A stretch of DNA of 64,000 nucleotides. Origin: Nitrosopumilus sp. (GTDB taxonomy: Archaea > Thermoproteota > Nitrososphaeria > Nitrososphaerales > Nitrosopumilaceae). This document shows, piece after piece, positions 31,684 through 42,426 of this stretch (the stretch's first letter is position 1; every line of letters begins with the position of its first letter). The notes below the pieces were generated by a model that was given only the letters and a program-made list of their open reading frames with translations, was not told the DNA's origin and did not search any database. Both the position numbers and the translations under genes were made by a program. The stretch is taken from contig CBDBLO010000002.1 in assembly GCA_965207075.1 (NCBI GenBank), positions 1,152,001 through 1,216,000 on the forward strand. Direction: 5' to 3'.

Positions 31684-31945
31684 ACTGACGCGTGGGGGGG
31701 GGGGGCGCTAGGGAGAGCTCCTGGTCAGAGTCCCAGTCCGGCGTCCCTGGCGGCGTCCTCGTCACGCTGCTCCTGCATGCCCCGTTCGTACTCGGAGCGC
31801 GGCATGCCGCACCTCCTGCAGTACTGCTCGCTTCCTTGGTACGAGTCGTCCCAGTCGTGCTCGACATCCATGTCCTCGCACTTGTTGCCCACATACGGCG
31901 TACCGCCGGACCGATAAAAGACACCCCCTAAATGCATCCGCTGGC

Positions 31946-32431
31946 ATGCGGCGCGTGGAACATTTCATGCAGTCTGACCGGCCGCTACTGACAATCCACG
32001 ACCACAGCATACTCGGCGCCACACATATCCAAAGGTACGCATTCCTGCTGCACAAGCAGTGTCGCCGTGAACTGGACCGCATCGCCGCCGCGCATCCGGA
32101 ACTTGCGTGGTACGACGACTGGGAGCCGAATTGGTCCGGCCCGTTCAGCCGCGGACTCAAAAACGACATGGACGCGTGCTTGCGCGGCGGCCTGGCGTTT
32201 ACCCACACTCCAGTGGACACCATAGAGAGGCTCTTGGGGCAACGTGAGTACATGCTGTCCCGTGAGGGCAGAATCAAGTGGCGCAGCATGATGCACGCAT
32301 TCCCACGCGAGGCGGAAGCCCTGCGCAAGAGGGTGAGTGGGTTGCAGAAGGTGGTATATGAACGGCTGCTTGAGGGGGTGTACTACGCGTACCCCGAATA
32401 CACCAAACACGCCAGAGCCACGCCGGCTTAA
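31946..32431 (+). CDS. SocA/DUF4065-like or winged-helix hypothetical protein
   Basis: G.T.IQ..AFL...GPFS..L..D...Y.LS.EG...VY..YPEY. Confidence 0.5.
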   Translation: MRRVEHFMQSDRPLLTIHDHSILGATHIQRYAFLLHKQCRRELDRIAAAHPELAWYDDWEPNWSGPFSRGLKNDMDACLRGGLAFTHTPVDTIERLLGQREYMLSREGRIKWRSMMHAFPREAEALRKRVSGLQKVVYERLLEGVYYAYPEYTKHARATPA

Positions 32432-33125
32432 ATCAGTCCGGCCGCACTGCTCGTATGGCGGACACAAACCACTGCTCGTCGTGCGGCAAACTACTGGAGC
32501 CTTTCAAGTGCGCGTCCGACGGCAGGGGCGGCTTCCACTGTGCAAAGTGCGCCGGCTGGGAATCGTAAGGTATGAGACTCGTAAAGGAATAACACGCGGC
32601 GTCAGTCCGAATAAAACCCCGCCGGCTTTGCAGAGTCAAACCCGCACCTCTTGCATACAAAGCGCCCGTCCGGGTTCTCCCGAGTCCTCTCCTCGCTCTC
32701 TCTTGCCCCGCACCTCACGCAGAACACACGCCCGTCGCCAACCATGCACGCCATGCAGCGGGATGGATAAAAGATGCAGTCGCTTTTATGAGAACCGCGG
32801 CACCACACGCATGGGCGCATTCGACGTGTGCAGGTGCACTGATCACTTGGACAGGCACGAACCCCCCGACGAGGACGGGAACAGGAAGTGCACCAAGTGT
32901 TTTTGCGGCGACTACGAGCAGGCGACGGACTGACGGAGCCGACCTCTCATTTTTCGGTGCTGGTGCCAATTCGTGACATCTTCAATTCGGCAGGTGTGTG
33001 GGGTCTGTACCCATGATCTTCTTCGCAAAGAAACTGGAGTGCGGGTGCCGCCCGCAGTGCCTTACCTCGCACCCCCGACTAAAAGAGGCGGTTACATACC
33101 AAGGTAAACTAATCATAAAAACTGG

Positions 33126-33275
33126 CTAGTCTGAGTGCTGCGCGATCATCCACCTGATCTGTCCCACGTTGGTGCGCCCGTTGCGCCGCGCCAGCTTCTC
33201 GAGGGCGGCGTGGGTGTCCTCGTCCAGCATGACGGACTTGTTGGTGCGGCGGGGCGCCGTATCAGACGCGGGCAT
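33126..33275 (-). CDS. Arc/CopG-like ribbon-helix-helix protein
   Basis: KSVMLDEDTHAALEKLARRNGRTNVGQIRWMI; coupled by TGATG. Confidence 0.7.
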   Translation of the reverse strand: MPASDTAPRRTNKSVMLDEDTHAALEKLARRNGRTNVGQIRWMIAQHSD

Positions 33276-33598
33276 CAGGAGCCGGCCTCCCCGCCCTTGA
33301 CACTGCCCTTGACACTGCCTCCGACATCGCCTCCGACATCGCCCGTGACACCGCCCACGACATTACCCCAGATATTGCCCTTGACATCACCCAAGACATC
33401 GTCTCCGACATCGCCCCCGACATCGCCCATGACTTCGCCATTGACATCGCCCCCGACATCGCCCCCGACATTGCCCTCGACATTGCCCTTGACATCGCCC
33501 TTGACGTGGCAAAAGAAGCCGTCCGGGATGACAACCGTCTTTTTCTCCGCGTCATAGTATGGCTCTGCCGCGCGTGCGGGTTCCGCGTCCGGCGGCAT
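33275..33598 (-). CDS. Beta-helix (G-D/N-V-x) repeat protein, bactofilin-like
   Basis: About 19 tetrapeptide repeats VKGDVKGNVEGNVGGD, encoded by 12-bp DNA repeats. Confidence 0.7.
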   Translation of the reverse strand: MPPDAEPARAAEPYYDAEKKTVVIPDGFFCHVKGDVKGNVEGNVGGDVGGDVNGEVMGDVGGDVGDDVLGDVKGNIWGNVVGGVTGDVGGDVGGSVKGSVKGGEAGS

Positions 33599-33835
33599 CA
33601 GTCCACGCCTCCACCGTGCGCCTGTGCTGCGCGGCCCGCATCTCTGCGGTCTTGCAGGAGTGGCAGTGACCGCGGCCCGTGCCAGGCCGAAAATACCAGG
33701 TCGTTCCTCTCCTGCTCGCATGCTTTGTATGCATTGTTCATGTTATAGGTATGTATAGATATGTATATAAATCTATGTTTCTACACCTGCCGAATTGAAG
33801 ATGTCACGAATTGGCACCGGCGGCGCCGGCAGCTG

Positions 33836-34408
33836 CTATGCGATTCCCTTTACGGCAGCGAGGTCGGCGTATGCATGCCCCCCGCCCCCGGCGGCCTCCA
33901 CGCTCTTCTTGATCTTGAATTCGTCAACCCCCTGGATGCCGAACGGCTTTTCGGCCGCCCGTCCGGCCAGCTTCCTTAAGATTTTCTCGCCGGCGCCATC
34001 TGTCATCCGGAGTATGGTGATGTGTGGGACGAATGGAAAGTCGCGCCTGTATCCCAATGGTGACAGCGCGTCGGACACCTTTTGTGCCAAGCTGTGCAGC
34101 CCGGGGCCACCTCCGACCGTCTTCATGCCAATCCATACCACCCTCGGCTCCCCGGAGTCCGGGAACACCCCGACCTCGCCGCCCACCTGCAGGTCGAACG
34201 GGTCGAACTTGATCGCGGACAGGGCGTCCACGACGGACTGTTGCGCGTCGTCCGGGACGTCCCCGAGGAACTGCAGCGTGATGTGCAATTTTTCAGTGTC
34301 CTGGAGTTTGACGCCCCCGTGTTCCGGCGGCGCCAGTTCGGTCTGCAGCCTCCGTATGCCGTCGAGCACCGCGGGCTTGGTGATCTCCACCGCGACAAAG
34401 GATCTCAT
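33836..34408 (-). CDS. thpR: RNA 2',3'-cyclic phosphodiesterase (2H phosphoesterase)
   Basis: MRSFVAV, LHITLQFLG, PRVVWIG, FVPHITI. Confidence 0.9.
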   Translation of the reverse strand: MRSFVAVEITKPAVLDGIRRLQTELAPPEHGGVKLQDTEKLHITLQFLGDVPDDAQQSVVDALSAIKFDPFDLQVGGEVGVFPDSGEPRVVWIGMKTVGGGPGLHSLAQKVSDALSPLGYRRDFPFVPHITILRMTDGAGEKILRKLAGRAAEKPFGIQGVDEFKIKKSVEAAGGGGHAYADLAAVKGIA

Positions 34409-34524
34409 GACATGAGTGTAGGCTGTTTGATATAAGGCGCCTGCGCCCAAGCGGCCCGGCGGTATTATTCCGCCCTTTAATGCGACTCCCGCGTGTTCGT
34501 GTTGACGACTAGTTCGACAACAGC

Positions 34525-34596
34525 GGCCATGATCGTACAGTGGCAGTACAACCGGCTGTGATCCGGTGGACGCGGGTTCGATTCCCCCTCGTGGCC
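34525..34596 (+). tRNA. tRNA-His(GTG)
   Basis: Acceptor GCCATGA/TCGTGGC, encoded G-1 and C73, loop CTGTGAT, TTCGATT T-loop. Confidence 0.9.
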
Positions 34597-34599
34597 TTT

Positions 34600-34671
34600 G
34601 CCCCTGTAGCTCAGCGGCGGAGCGGTCCCCCCGTAAGGGACTGGTCATGCGTTCGAATCGCATCAGGGGCT
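34600..34671 (+). tRNA. tRNA-Thr(CGT)
   Basis: Acceptor GCCCCTG/CAGGGGC, stem GTCCC/GGGAC, loop CCCGTAA, GTTCGAATC. Confidence 0.88.
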
Positions 34672-34674
34672 TTC

Positions 34675-34747
34675 GACCCCGTGGCAGAGCCAGGCAATGC
34701 GGGAGCCTGCAAAGCTCCATACGCCGGTCCGAGTCCGGCCGGGGTCT
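34675..34747 (+). tRNA. tRNA-Cys(GCA)
   Basis: Acceptor GACCCCG/CGGGGTC, U73, GGAGC-CTGCAAA-GCTCC. Confidence 0.88.
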
Positions 34748-34866
34748 TCACATTGACGGCGGCGCGTCCCGGACGGCGCCAACGCCACCCGGCCTGCCGC
34801 AAAAACTGATATGCCATGCACTGCACGCCACGTACGCGGGGGAGGCCCGAACGGGCCGACGCGGCG

Positions 34867-35249
34867 GCAGCCATGTTGCTGGGTTCGGGGCGCTCCGGCG
34901 TCCCGCATGTCCTGCCGCCGCCCCGCACTACCGTGACTCTGCTCCGTTGTTCGCATCCGCGACACTCCTGCCGCGTCCGCCTCCGTGCATGGGCACGCAC
35001 GCCGCCCTTGAAGGAATTTGCCGCTGGCTGGGCTTCCCGCCGGGCACGTGTCTTTAGGCCGGACGACCCGGCTCCCCCGCCCAAGCGATCATACACCTCG
35101 CCTGTACTACCGCTCCGGGACCCGGCGTCAGGAGTCCCTCTCCGGGCCCATCCCTTCGCCCCCTCGGCGGCAACCGCTTCGCTCCCGTCGCGGTTCCGGG
35201 GTTTCCATGGTAGCCTGGTCCGCGTGGAGTCTGCCAGCAATACCGCTGC
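34867..35249 (-). ncRNA. Candidate large structured non-coding RNA (~385 nt)
   Basis: End-closing helix, many internal hairpins with G-U wobbles on the minus strand, TTATAA upstream, no convincing ORF. Confidence 0.45.
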
Positions 35250-35327
35250 GGCGGCGGACGTTATAATTATTGTTATTTTTGAATAGTTTACAAAACATTT
35301 ATAATTACTTAACACTATACTATAACC

Positions 35328-35819
35328 ATGGGGTACTCTCATTACTGGTACTGGGGAAACCGGGTGCCAAAAAGCAAGATGGCCGCCGTGGCTGCCGACC
35401 TGCAAATTTTACGCCCGCGCCTAGAGCGCGAGATGGGCGTGCGGTTGGCGGGCAACCAAGGCAAGGGTGAGGCCGAAATCACCGACCAAAGGATACGGTT
35501 CAACGGACCGGAAAAATGTGGGCGCCAGACGTTTCTGTTCGACCCGCGCGAGGGCATGAAATTCGACAACTGCCAGGGGCTGTTCAACAGCTGCTCGACG
35601 GGGCGCCACCCGTACGACCTGGCAGTGACTGCGTGTTTGCTCGCCGCAAAGTACCACTTTGGCGCGCGCATCAGGATCGAGACCGACGGCGAGACCAAGG
35701 ACTGGGCCGACGCGGCTCGCATCATCGCCGAGGAGCTCGGGTACGGCATGGCCGTGGAAGTCCGGAAGTGCAGGGTCCTTTACGAGGCCGCCAAGCCGGT
35801 GCTGGAGGTGGCGGCCTGA
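35328..35819 (+). CDS. MGE-type hypothetical protein (MGYxHYW...T.R.PYD..V type), first gene of a long micro-ORF operon
   Basis: MGYSHYW, FNG, CSTGRHPYDLAVTACL. Confidence 0.7.
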   Translation: MGYSHYWYWGNRVPKSKMAAVAADLQILRPRLEREMGVRLAGNQGKGEAEITDQRIRFNGPEKCGRQTFLFDPREGMKFDNCQGLFNSCSTGRHPYDLAVTACLLAAKYHFGARIRIETDGETKDWADAARIIAEELGYGMAVEVRKCRVLYEAAKPVLEVAA

Positions 35820-38800
35820 TGCCGTCCATGATGGAGCCGCCGGTTTCCGTCCAAAAGGACGCGCCGCGCAAGCACCACCACGACAAGCTGGTCGCGTGGG
35901 ACGTGGACAGCTGCATGGGGCAGTCCGAGTTCATGTGCGTGAACTGCGGCTCTAGCGGATTCAGCGTGCAGCTCGGCGGACGCGGATACGGACTGCACTG
36001 CCACTGCGGCGCGTCGTACTACATGTACACCTACAGGGGCACCGAGTACATCAAGGTGCTGGAGGACGACGACTGGGGGCGCATGGGCTTTGACTGCCCG
36101 CGCTGCAAGGCCGAGATGTGCCTCAGCACGCGCAGCCTCGACGAGGATCCGAAGTGCATGGAGTGCGGCAGGACGTGCACGTTCGCGGAAGCCAACGCGT
36201 ACCTAGAGTCCACCAAGCTCTACCATGCAGTGCCTCTGCAGGCCGGCGACGGCGAGCTGCTCGGCCGGGCGTCATACAACAACCTGATGGAGGCCGGCAG
36301 GAGCGCCTTTGGCGCGAGGTTCGAGTCCGTGCGCATCGACAGGGACGGACGGACGCCGGTCGGCATGCGCTTCGAGTATACGCGCGGCGAGAATCCCGGA
36401 CTGTCCGGGAGATTCGCGGGGCGTAGCGGCGGCGAGGAAAACCGCGCGCTGCTGGTCGAGCACCTCAGGCGGGAGGTTGAGGACTGATGCCGCTAATCCC
36501 ATCAAAGTACGTCGGCGGCATGCCCGACGGCTTTCTGCCGACCGAATACATGATGCTCCACCCGGACGGCAGGTGGCACCGCCTGAACGCATCCTCATCA
36601 GACGCGGCGATCGCCGCCGGCCGCGCGTCCGCTAGGACGTGGGTGCGCGAAGCGGCAGGCGAGGAACTGCAGCGGCACGAGGACGGGCTGCACACGCTGT
36701 ACACCGTCGACGACATCCACGTGGACGCGTTCGGCGATTCGTGCATCGAACTGCACGCGCTGTGGGAGATGTCGACCCGCGAGATATACGACGCGGTCCG
36801 GGCTGGCACGTGGCCAAATATGGCGCCGCGGGACGCGCCTAAATGCGAACCGGGGGTGGTGGCGTGATGGCAGACAACTTTACCACCGACCTCAACGACA
36901 ACGAGGTGCTGCGCAGCATCATCGAGGGGCTGGCATACGGCACCGAGTCCGACCGCATGGGCGCCATAGACCAGTACGAGCGCGGCCTGACCGACCTGCG
37001 GCGCAAGCACCTCGCCCTGCTGCAGGCCGGCCGCATCATCAGGGTCGCCGGCGACGAGATCAGCAGGCTGGACACCGGCACGGACACCGGCGACACCGAC
37101 GTGGACATGCTGCTGACGGACGTGCGCAACGTTTTGTCAAAGCAGGCAAAGCGCGTACGGGGGTTCAGGGGGGCGGTGGAATGATGCGCCACCCCGACCA
37201 GCCGAGGCCGACTCCCAAGGAGCTCGCCAAGGCGCACGACAAGCAGGGCATGTCCCACGAGACGACGGGGCAGATCAACGTGCTTGTACGCAAGTACGCC
37301 GAGCAGCAGACGACCGACGCGCTGATGCGGCTGTACTCTCGCGCCGCAAAGTGCGACACCGTCGACGCCGTCAGGCTCTGCATACGCGACGAGATCGAGG
37401 AGCACCTCGAGGCCCAGGGGTTGCTCTGATGCCCGCCGACACGATACTCGTGTCCTCCGACTCGGAGGGCTGGACCGGCGAGGCAACGCACGAGGACGCC
37501 GAGGACGAGGCAAAGTCGCTGTACGACGACCCGGAGGGGACGTGGGCCGAGGTGACCGTATACCGTATACCGGCCGGCAGGCTGGTCGACGGCTGGTCCG
37601 GCAGCCACCGCGCGAGCATACTGCGCGACCAGGAGAGCGCGTCGGAGCTGGACGAGTACGAGGTATCGTCGTGGTCAGGCCACGTGGACGAGGCCGAACC
37701 GGACTGCAGGCAGAGCCCGTACCACGACCCGCATCCTGACGGACACGACTGGACCGCGACCCGCGCGGTGGAGGGCGGCCTGGAGGAGAACCCCGGCGTG
37801 TTCGGCAACGGCGGAGGCGTGGTCATTCATACACACTGCACGAGGTGCCCCGCCACCCGGACGGAGGACACGTGGGCGACCGATCCCAGTGACGGCAGCC
37901 AGGGCCACACCGTGGTGACATACGGGAGGCGCGACGACTGATGCCTGACGCGCGGACCTACGCGGGACAGCGCCTCGCGGACAACGCGGACGCGGCGGCC
38001 TTTGCTGGTTCGGCGGCGCCCGTTCCGGCGCCAGCAGTAAAGGCGGCCGGCGGGCCTACGGTATATGTAATGCACTGCACCAAGTGCCTGTCCGAATGCC
38101 ACGTGAGCGCCTATGAGCCGCGTACCATCGGCATGTTCAACCGGGACATGGACGTTTCCATCATAATGTTCGAGCACAAGAACCATGGCCTCGGGCCGTG
38201 CCCGCACAAGCAGTCCATAACCGTAGGGATACTGGATATGGTGAGCATAACGCGCGAGTTCGTCCGGCATACCGTCGACGAGTACGGCGACCATTACATG
38301 CTGAACACCTACTTTGACAACGGCTCCATATCAGGGGGCGGGCTCTTGAAGGAGGAGATTCCGCCGGGCATGCCGATACTGGAAGCGGGGGAGGGCGGCG
38401 AGTGATGGCCGGAGGAATCCCGCTGATCGTAAAGTGCATGTCCTGCATGCAGTGGATGCCCAGGTCAGACGTGTATTTGCCGACGCGCAAGGACGAGCCG
38501 GTGCCGCCCTGCTCGCACGGCAAGGTGGAAATCGAGATATGCGGCAGGTGCGGGCACGCCGAGCACCTACACAAGGGCGGCCCAGGGGACCTGAAGGGGT
38601 GCGTCATATGCAACATGACCGCACGGCCGGACAGGCCGCCGGCGCCGTGCTGCGCCAGGATGCTCAAGATGGCGACCATGACGGCGATGATGGTTATAGC
38701 GGTGGAAACGGCCGCCCGTGGCGGCGGGGGGCCGGTGTTCTGATGCCCGTGTCGTCCTACTGCAATGAGGGAGAGCACAGGGCCTGCTCCAACAGGGTGT

Positions 38801-39676
38801 TCTGCGAGGAGGCCGGGTGGGTGATCTGCCGCTGCCTGTGCCACGAACTACAAAAGGTGCTGATCGTAGACATCCTGCCGCACCTGAATGTGATCGAGGC
38901 GGAAACCCACCTCATCGACAATGAGGAGTGCGACAAGCACGTGGCCGTTGGTAACATCCTGTCCGAACTCGACTTCGCCAGGCGCGCCCTGGCGTTCCCC
39001 GGCATCGACACGGACTACAAGGAGCCTGACGCAGCACGGGAGGCTGGGAATGGGTGACCGCGATGGCTCCGACGGTCAGCGGCATTCATTGTCGCGCCCA
39101 AACAGTTTGCAAAACCATTTTTAACAGTACGGGCGCACGTGGCGCATGGCCGGGCAGTCCAAGAAGTGCGCAAAGTGCGGCCGCGCGTTCGAGGCGTCGC
39201 ACGGAGCGCAAAAGTTCTGCAGCGGGGAGTGCGTGAGGTTGCACAGAAACGACTACCACGCGAAGCGCAGGGCGGGGAAGAAGCCCGCAAAGGCGGGGTG
39301 CGAGGTATGCGGCAAGCCCTATGAGAAGCGCGGCAACCAGAAGACGTGCAGTCCGGAGTGCTCGGAGGAACTGCGCATAAGATACCTCCAGGACTATCAC
39401 GACGAGGACGCCAAAGCGGACGCCGGCGACGGTACCGACACTGACGGAAAAGGTGGGGGAAATTGGGCAAAGTATCGGGAGACCGCGACCCGCAAGCGCA
39501 TAGAGGCGGCGGGCACCGTGCAGAGGACGTGCGTCATATGCCGCAGCGCGTTTACGACGCACGACCGGCGGCGCAAGACCTGCAGCCGCAAGTGTTCCAC
39601 TGCAAACAGCTCTGGTCCGGAGGCCGTGCGGGAGGCCGTGATGGCGGCCGTGCGGAAGGCGGACCTGAAGAAGTGA
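35819..39676 (+). CDS. Translationally coupled operon of about 10 small hypothetical / Zn-finger genes
   Basis: Successive TGATG overlaps (35819, 36487, 36867, 37429, 37941, 38405, 38743); last ORF has three CxxC..K.CS..C repeats. Confidence 0.65.
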
Positions 39677-39770
39677 CAGCCCGTCCTTAATAGCGCCCCG
39701 GGTGAGTGGGCTTGATGGCTTGTTGTTTTTACGGTCCGGCCTCGTTGACAGCGGCGGCGGGTGATTCCTG

Positions 39771-40796
39771 ATGGGCCGCCCGTACAGGCAGGAGATCACC
39801 GAACTGCCGGACACATACCTAGACGCGCTGGAAACCCCGATAGACGGACTGCTCGGATTTGTGAGCGAGTCGCTGAACTCTCCACTGCGCGCCGTCGGGT
39901 CGGGAGGCTCGGCGACCGCGTGCGTGTTCGCATCCGTCCTGCACGAACAGGCCACGGGCCTGGTGGCGCGCCACTCCACTCCGCTTGAACAACTCGACGC
40001 CCACGTATCGCCGGGCACGTCGGTGCTGCTGGCCAGCGCTGGCGGCAACAACAAGGACATACTCGCTGCCTTTGAACACGTGAACCGGGGGGACCGCCAG
40101 GCCCTGGGCGTCCTGTGCTCCAGCGGCGGCAGCGGGAAGCTGTCCAAACTGTGCGCGTCAAAGCCCGGTATCTGGCTGCACGACGCCGCAATACCCAACG
40201 GGGACGGGTTCCTCGCGACAAATTCGCTCTTGGCCGCGTGCGTGTGGCTGGCCCGCGCGTACGGCCGGCACGTGCCGGGGCAGCCGCTCCCGGAAAGGTT
40301 TGCCGACCTGCTGCCCCCGCGCGTGTACGCCGGCGGGTACACGGCGTGGCTGGACGACGTGCTCGGCGGCATGTCCGGCGTCCGAACCGTGGTGGTGCTC
40401 CATGACACTGCAAGCAGTGCTGCCGCCGCCGACCTGGAGTCCAAGCTCGTGGAGTCCGGCGTATGCAACGCGCAGCCCGCCGACTACCGGAACTTTGCCC
40501 ACGGGCGGCACAACTGGCTTGACAAGCACAAGGATACGGGCGTGATCATGCTGACTAATGCCGCGTGCGAGGGGCTTGCCAGGCGCACGGCAGACCCGCT
40601 TCCCGCGAGCATACCGGTCGTCACGCTTGACACTGAATTGGACGGGCCTGCCGGCATGCTCTCCCTGCTGGTGCAGTGCATGTGCGCCGCCGGCGTGCTC
40701 GGCAGGCAGCGCGGCATAGACCCCGGCAGGCCGGGGGTGGCTGACTTTGGCAGGAAGCTGTACGGCATGGGGCCGTACGGGGCTGCAGTCGATTGA
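39771..40796 (+). CDS. SIS-domain sugar isomerase-like protein
   Basis: VGSGGS, SAGGNN.DI, DLESKLVE, NFAHGRH. Confidence 0.75.
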   Translation: MGRPYRQEITELPDTYLDALETPIDGLLGFVSESLNSPLRAVGSGGSATACVFASVLHEQATGLVARHSTPLEQLDAHVSPGTSVLLASAGGNNKDILAAFEHVNRGDRQALGVLCSSGGSGKLSKLCASKPGIWLHDAAIPNGDGFLATNSLLAACVWLARAYGRHVPGQPLPERFADLLPPRVYAGGYTAWLDDVLGGMSGVRTVVVLHDTASSAAAADLESKLVESGVCNAQPADYRNFAHGRHNWLDKHKDTGVIMLTNAACEGLARRTADPLPASIPVVTLDTELDGPAGMLSLLVQCMCAAGVLGRQRGIDPGRPGVADFGRKLYGMGPYGAAVD

Positions 40797-41922
40797 GCGG
40801 CGGCCGGAATCCTATCCTCTTAGTTCGCGCAGTCTCGCGGCGATGCCGTCGTTGTCGGCCTTGTGTTCGGCAATACGTTCGTCGTACATAGCGATCTCTC
40901 CCACATCGCCTGTATGCTGCGCGCCCGCTGACGCCTCCCCCCTGTGCCGGAGTGCACTGCGCAGCCCCCGCAGGCGCCCAATCTCGCGGTCGTTGTGCCT
41001 TTGGCACTCCTCCAGCACCCTGACGTCGCCGTCCGCACAGGAGGCTTCATGCCGTTCCTCGTATGATGCGGCAAGCCTTCTCGCGGTCTCGGCCAGTTCT
41101 GGGTGCCCTGCAGACTCGGCGCGTTCGCCAAGCCTGCGGTACTTGCCTATCTCGAGGGCGTAGTTTGCCATGCCTGATGTTGCACCCGGCGGCATAAAAA
41201 CTCCGCCGCGCGGGGCGCTGCCGACGCGTGTTGGACGTACCGGCTTTTATGGACTCACGCGCATGCAGTGCGTGAACCTGCTCGACCTGTCATTTCCCGA
41301 CCGCTCCCTCGGCCTGAAGCCCTATGAGAAGGACGCACTCAACGGCATCTATACGTTGGCCGCGGCGGCCCGCACCAGCAAGTACGAACTGACCGGGATT
41401 GACACCACGGACGGGGAGATGGACGCGTTCATAACGCTGGCGGCCAAACTGGTGCTGCCTTTAGTGCATCCCGACGTCGGGGCCAGGGTGGGGGAGATAC
41501 TCCGGAAGGGGGGGATTGACGCATGAATGCCGTGGACTTGGCCATTGCCGTGACCGAATACAAGCGGGACGGGGACATCGAGCCATATGTCATGATGCCG
41601 CTTCAGCACATCATATCGATGACCTCTGCCGTATCGCAGGGTGTGACACGCCTACAACACGACAGGGCTACAGACGAGCAGGGCGCCGAGATCGTCAAGA
41701 CCATGACCAAGGTCGTGCTTGAATGGCTGCACCCGGACGTCAGGGCCGCCGTGGAAAAGCGGCTGGAGGACGTGGAGGCCAACTGGGAGCAGCGGAAGGC
41801 GGAACATGATGAGGCGCAGAGGGAGGAGCGCGAATATGACGATGATTATTGAGGACGCGCCGCTTGGCGGGCTTTCCAGCTGTCCCGTTGACACGTCCCG
41901 CCTGATGAAAGCGGATTGAAAA

Positions 41923-42426
41923 TCAGGCGAACTCCTCAAGCGGCCGCAGCTGCAGCCGGTCCAGCCGGCGCTGTCCCGCAAGCATGCGCCGGTCGTCCGC
42001 CGTCTTGATCTTGTGGCACTTGCTGCAGAGCGTCTGCAAATTATCACGGTCCCACGGGTCGCCGCCGTTGCATATGGCAACGCGGTGGTCGACGTGCAGC
42101 AGGTACGGCACGTACCCGCCGTCCGGACCGGGACCGTCGCCGCACTGCACGCACCTGTACTGGTCGCGGTTCATCACGGCGTACCTGACGGTCGGCCAGA
42201 ACTCGAACTGCTCCCACCACATGTGGCGGTGCTTTTTGCTGCACGCCCACGCGTCCTGGTACCAGCGCAGCCCGCGCGTCATGGGCTCGGCGCCGCACCA
42301 GCACTTGCCGTCGTGCAGATTGCGCAGCGCGGTCTGCAGGTCCATGCCCTCCGGCCAGTTCCACACGATGTGCTCGACCGGCCGGCCGCCGCTTGCAACC
42401 AGTGAGGGCGTCTCATGCCTGTACAT
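41923..42426 (-). CDS. HNH endonuclease (paralog 1)
   Basis: RDQYRCVQCG..HVDH..GG...NLQTLC..CH..KT. Confidence 0.88.
   Translation of the reverse strand: MYRHETPSLVASGGRPVEHIVWNWPEGMDLQTALRNLHDGKCWCGAEPMTRGLRWYQDAWACSKKHRHMWWEQFEFWPTVRYAVMNRDQYRCVQCGDGPGPDGGYVPYLLHVDHRVAICNGGDPWDRDNLQTLCSKCHKIKTADDRRMLAGQRRLDRLQLRPLEEFA

Larger units (their letters stand above)
32962..33818. mobile_element. Cassette bounded by perfect 36-bp inverted repeats
   Basis: GGTGCCAATTCGTGACATCTTCAATTCGGCAGGTGT at 32962-32997 is the exact reverse complement of 33783-33818. Confidence 0.75.

Noticed and set aside
32962-33818. Autonomous IS element
   Set aside because: No transposase ORF and no target-site duplication
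34867-35249. RNase P RNA, SRP RNA or group I intron
   Set aside because: Canonical GAGGAAAGUCC/P4, SRP helix-8 and P7 core motifs were not found by eye
34611-35405. 264-aa minus-strand ORF
   Set aside because: It overlaps tRNAs and a promoter and has Arg/Gly/Ala-rich shadow composition
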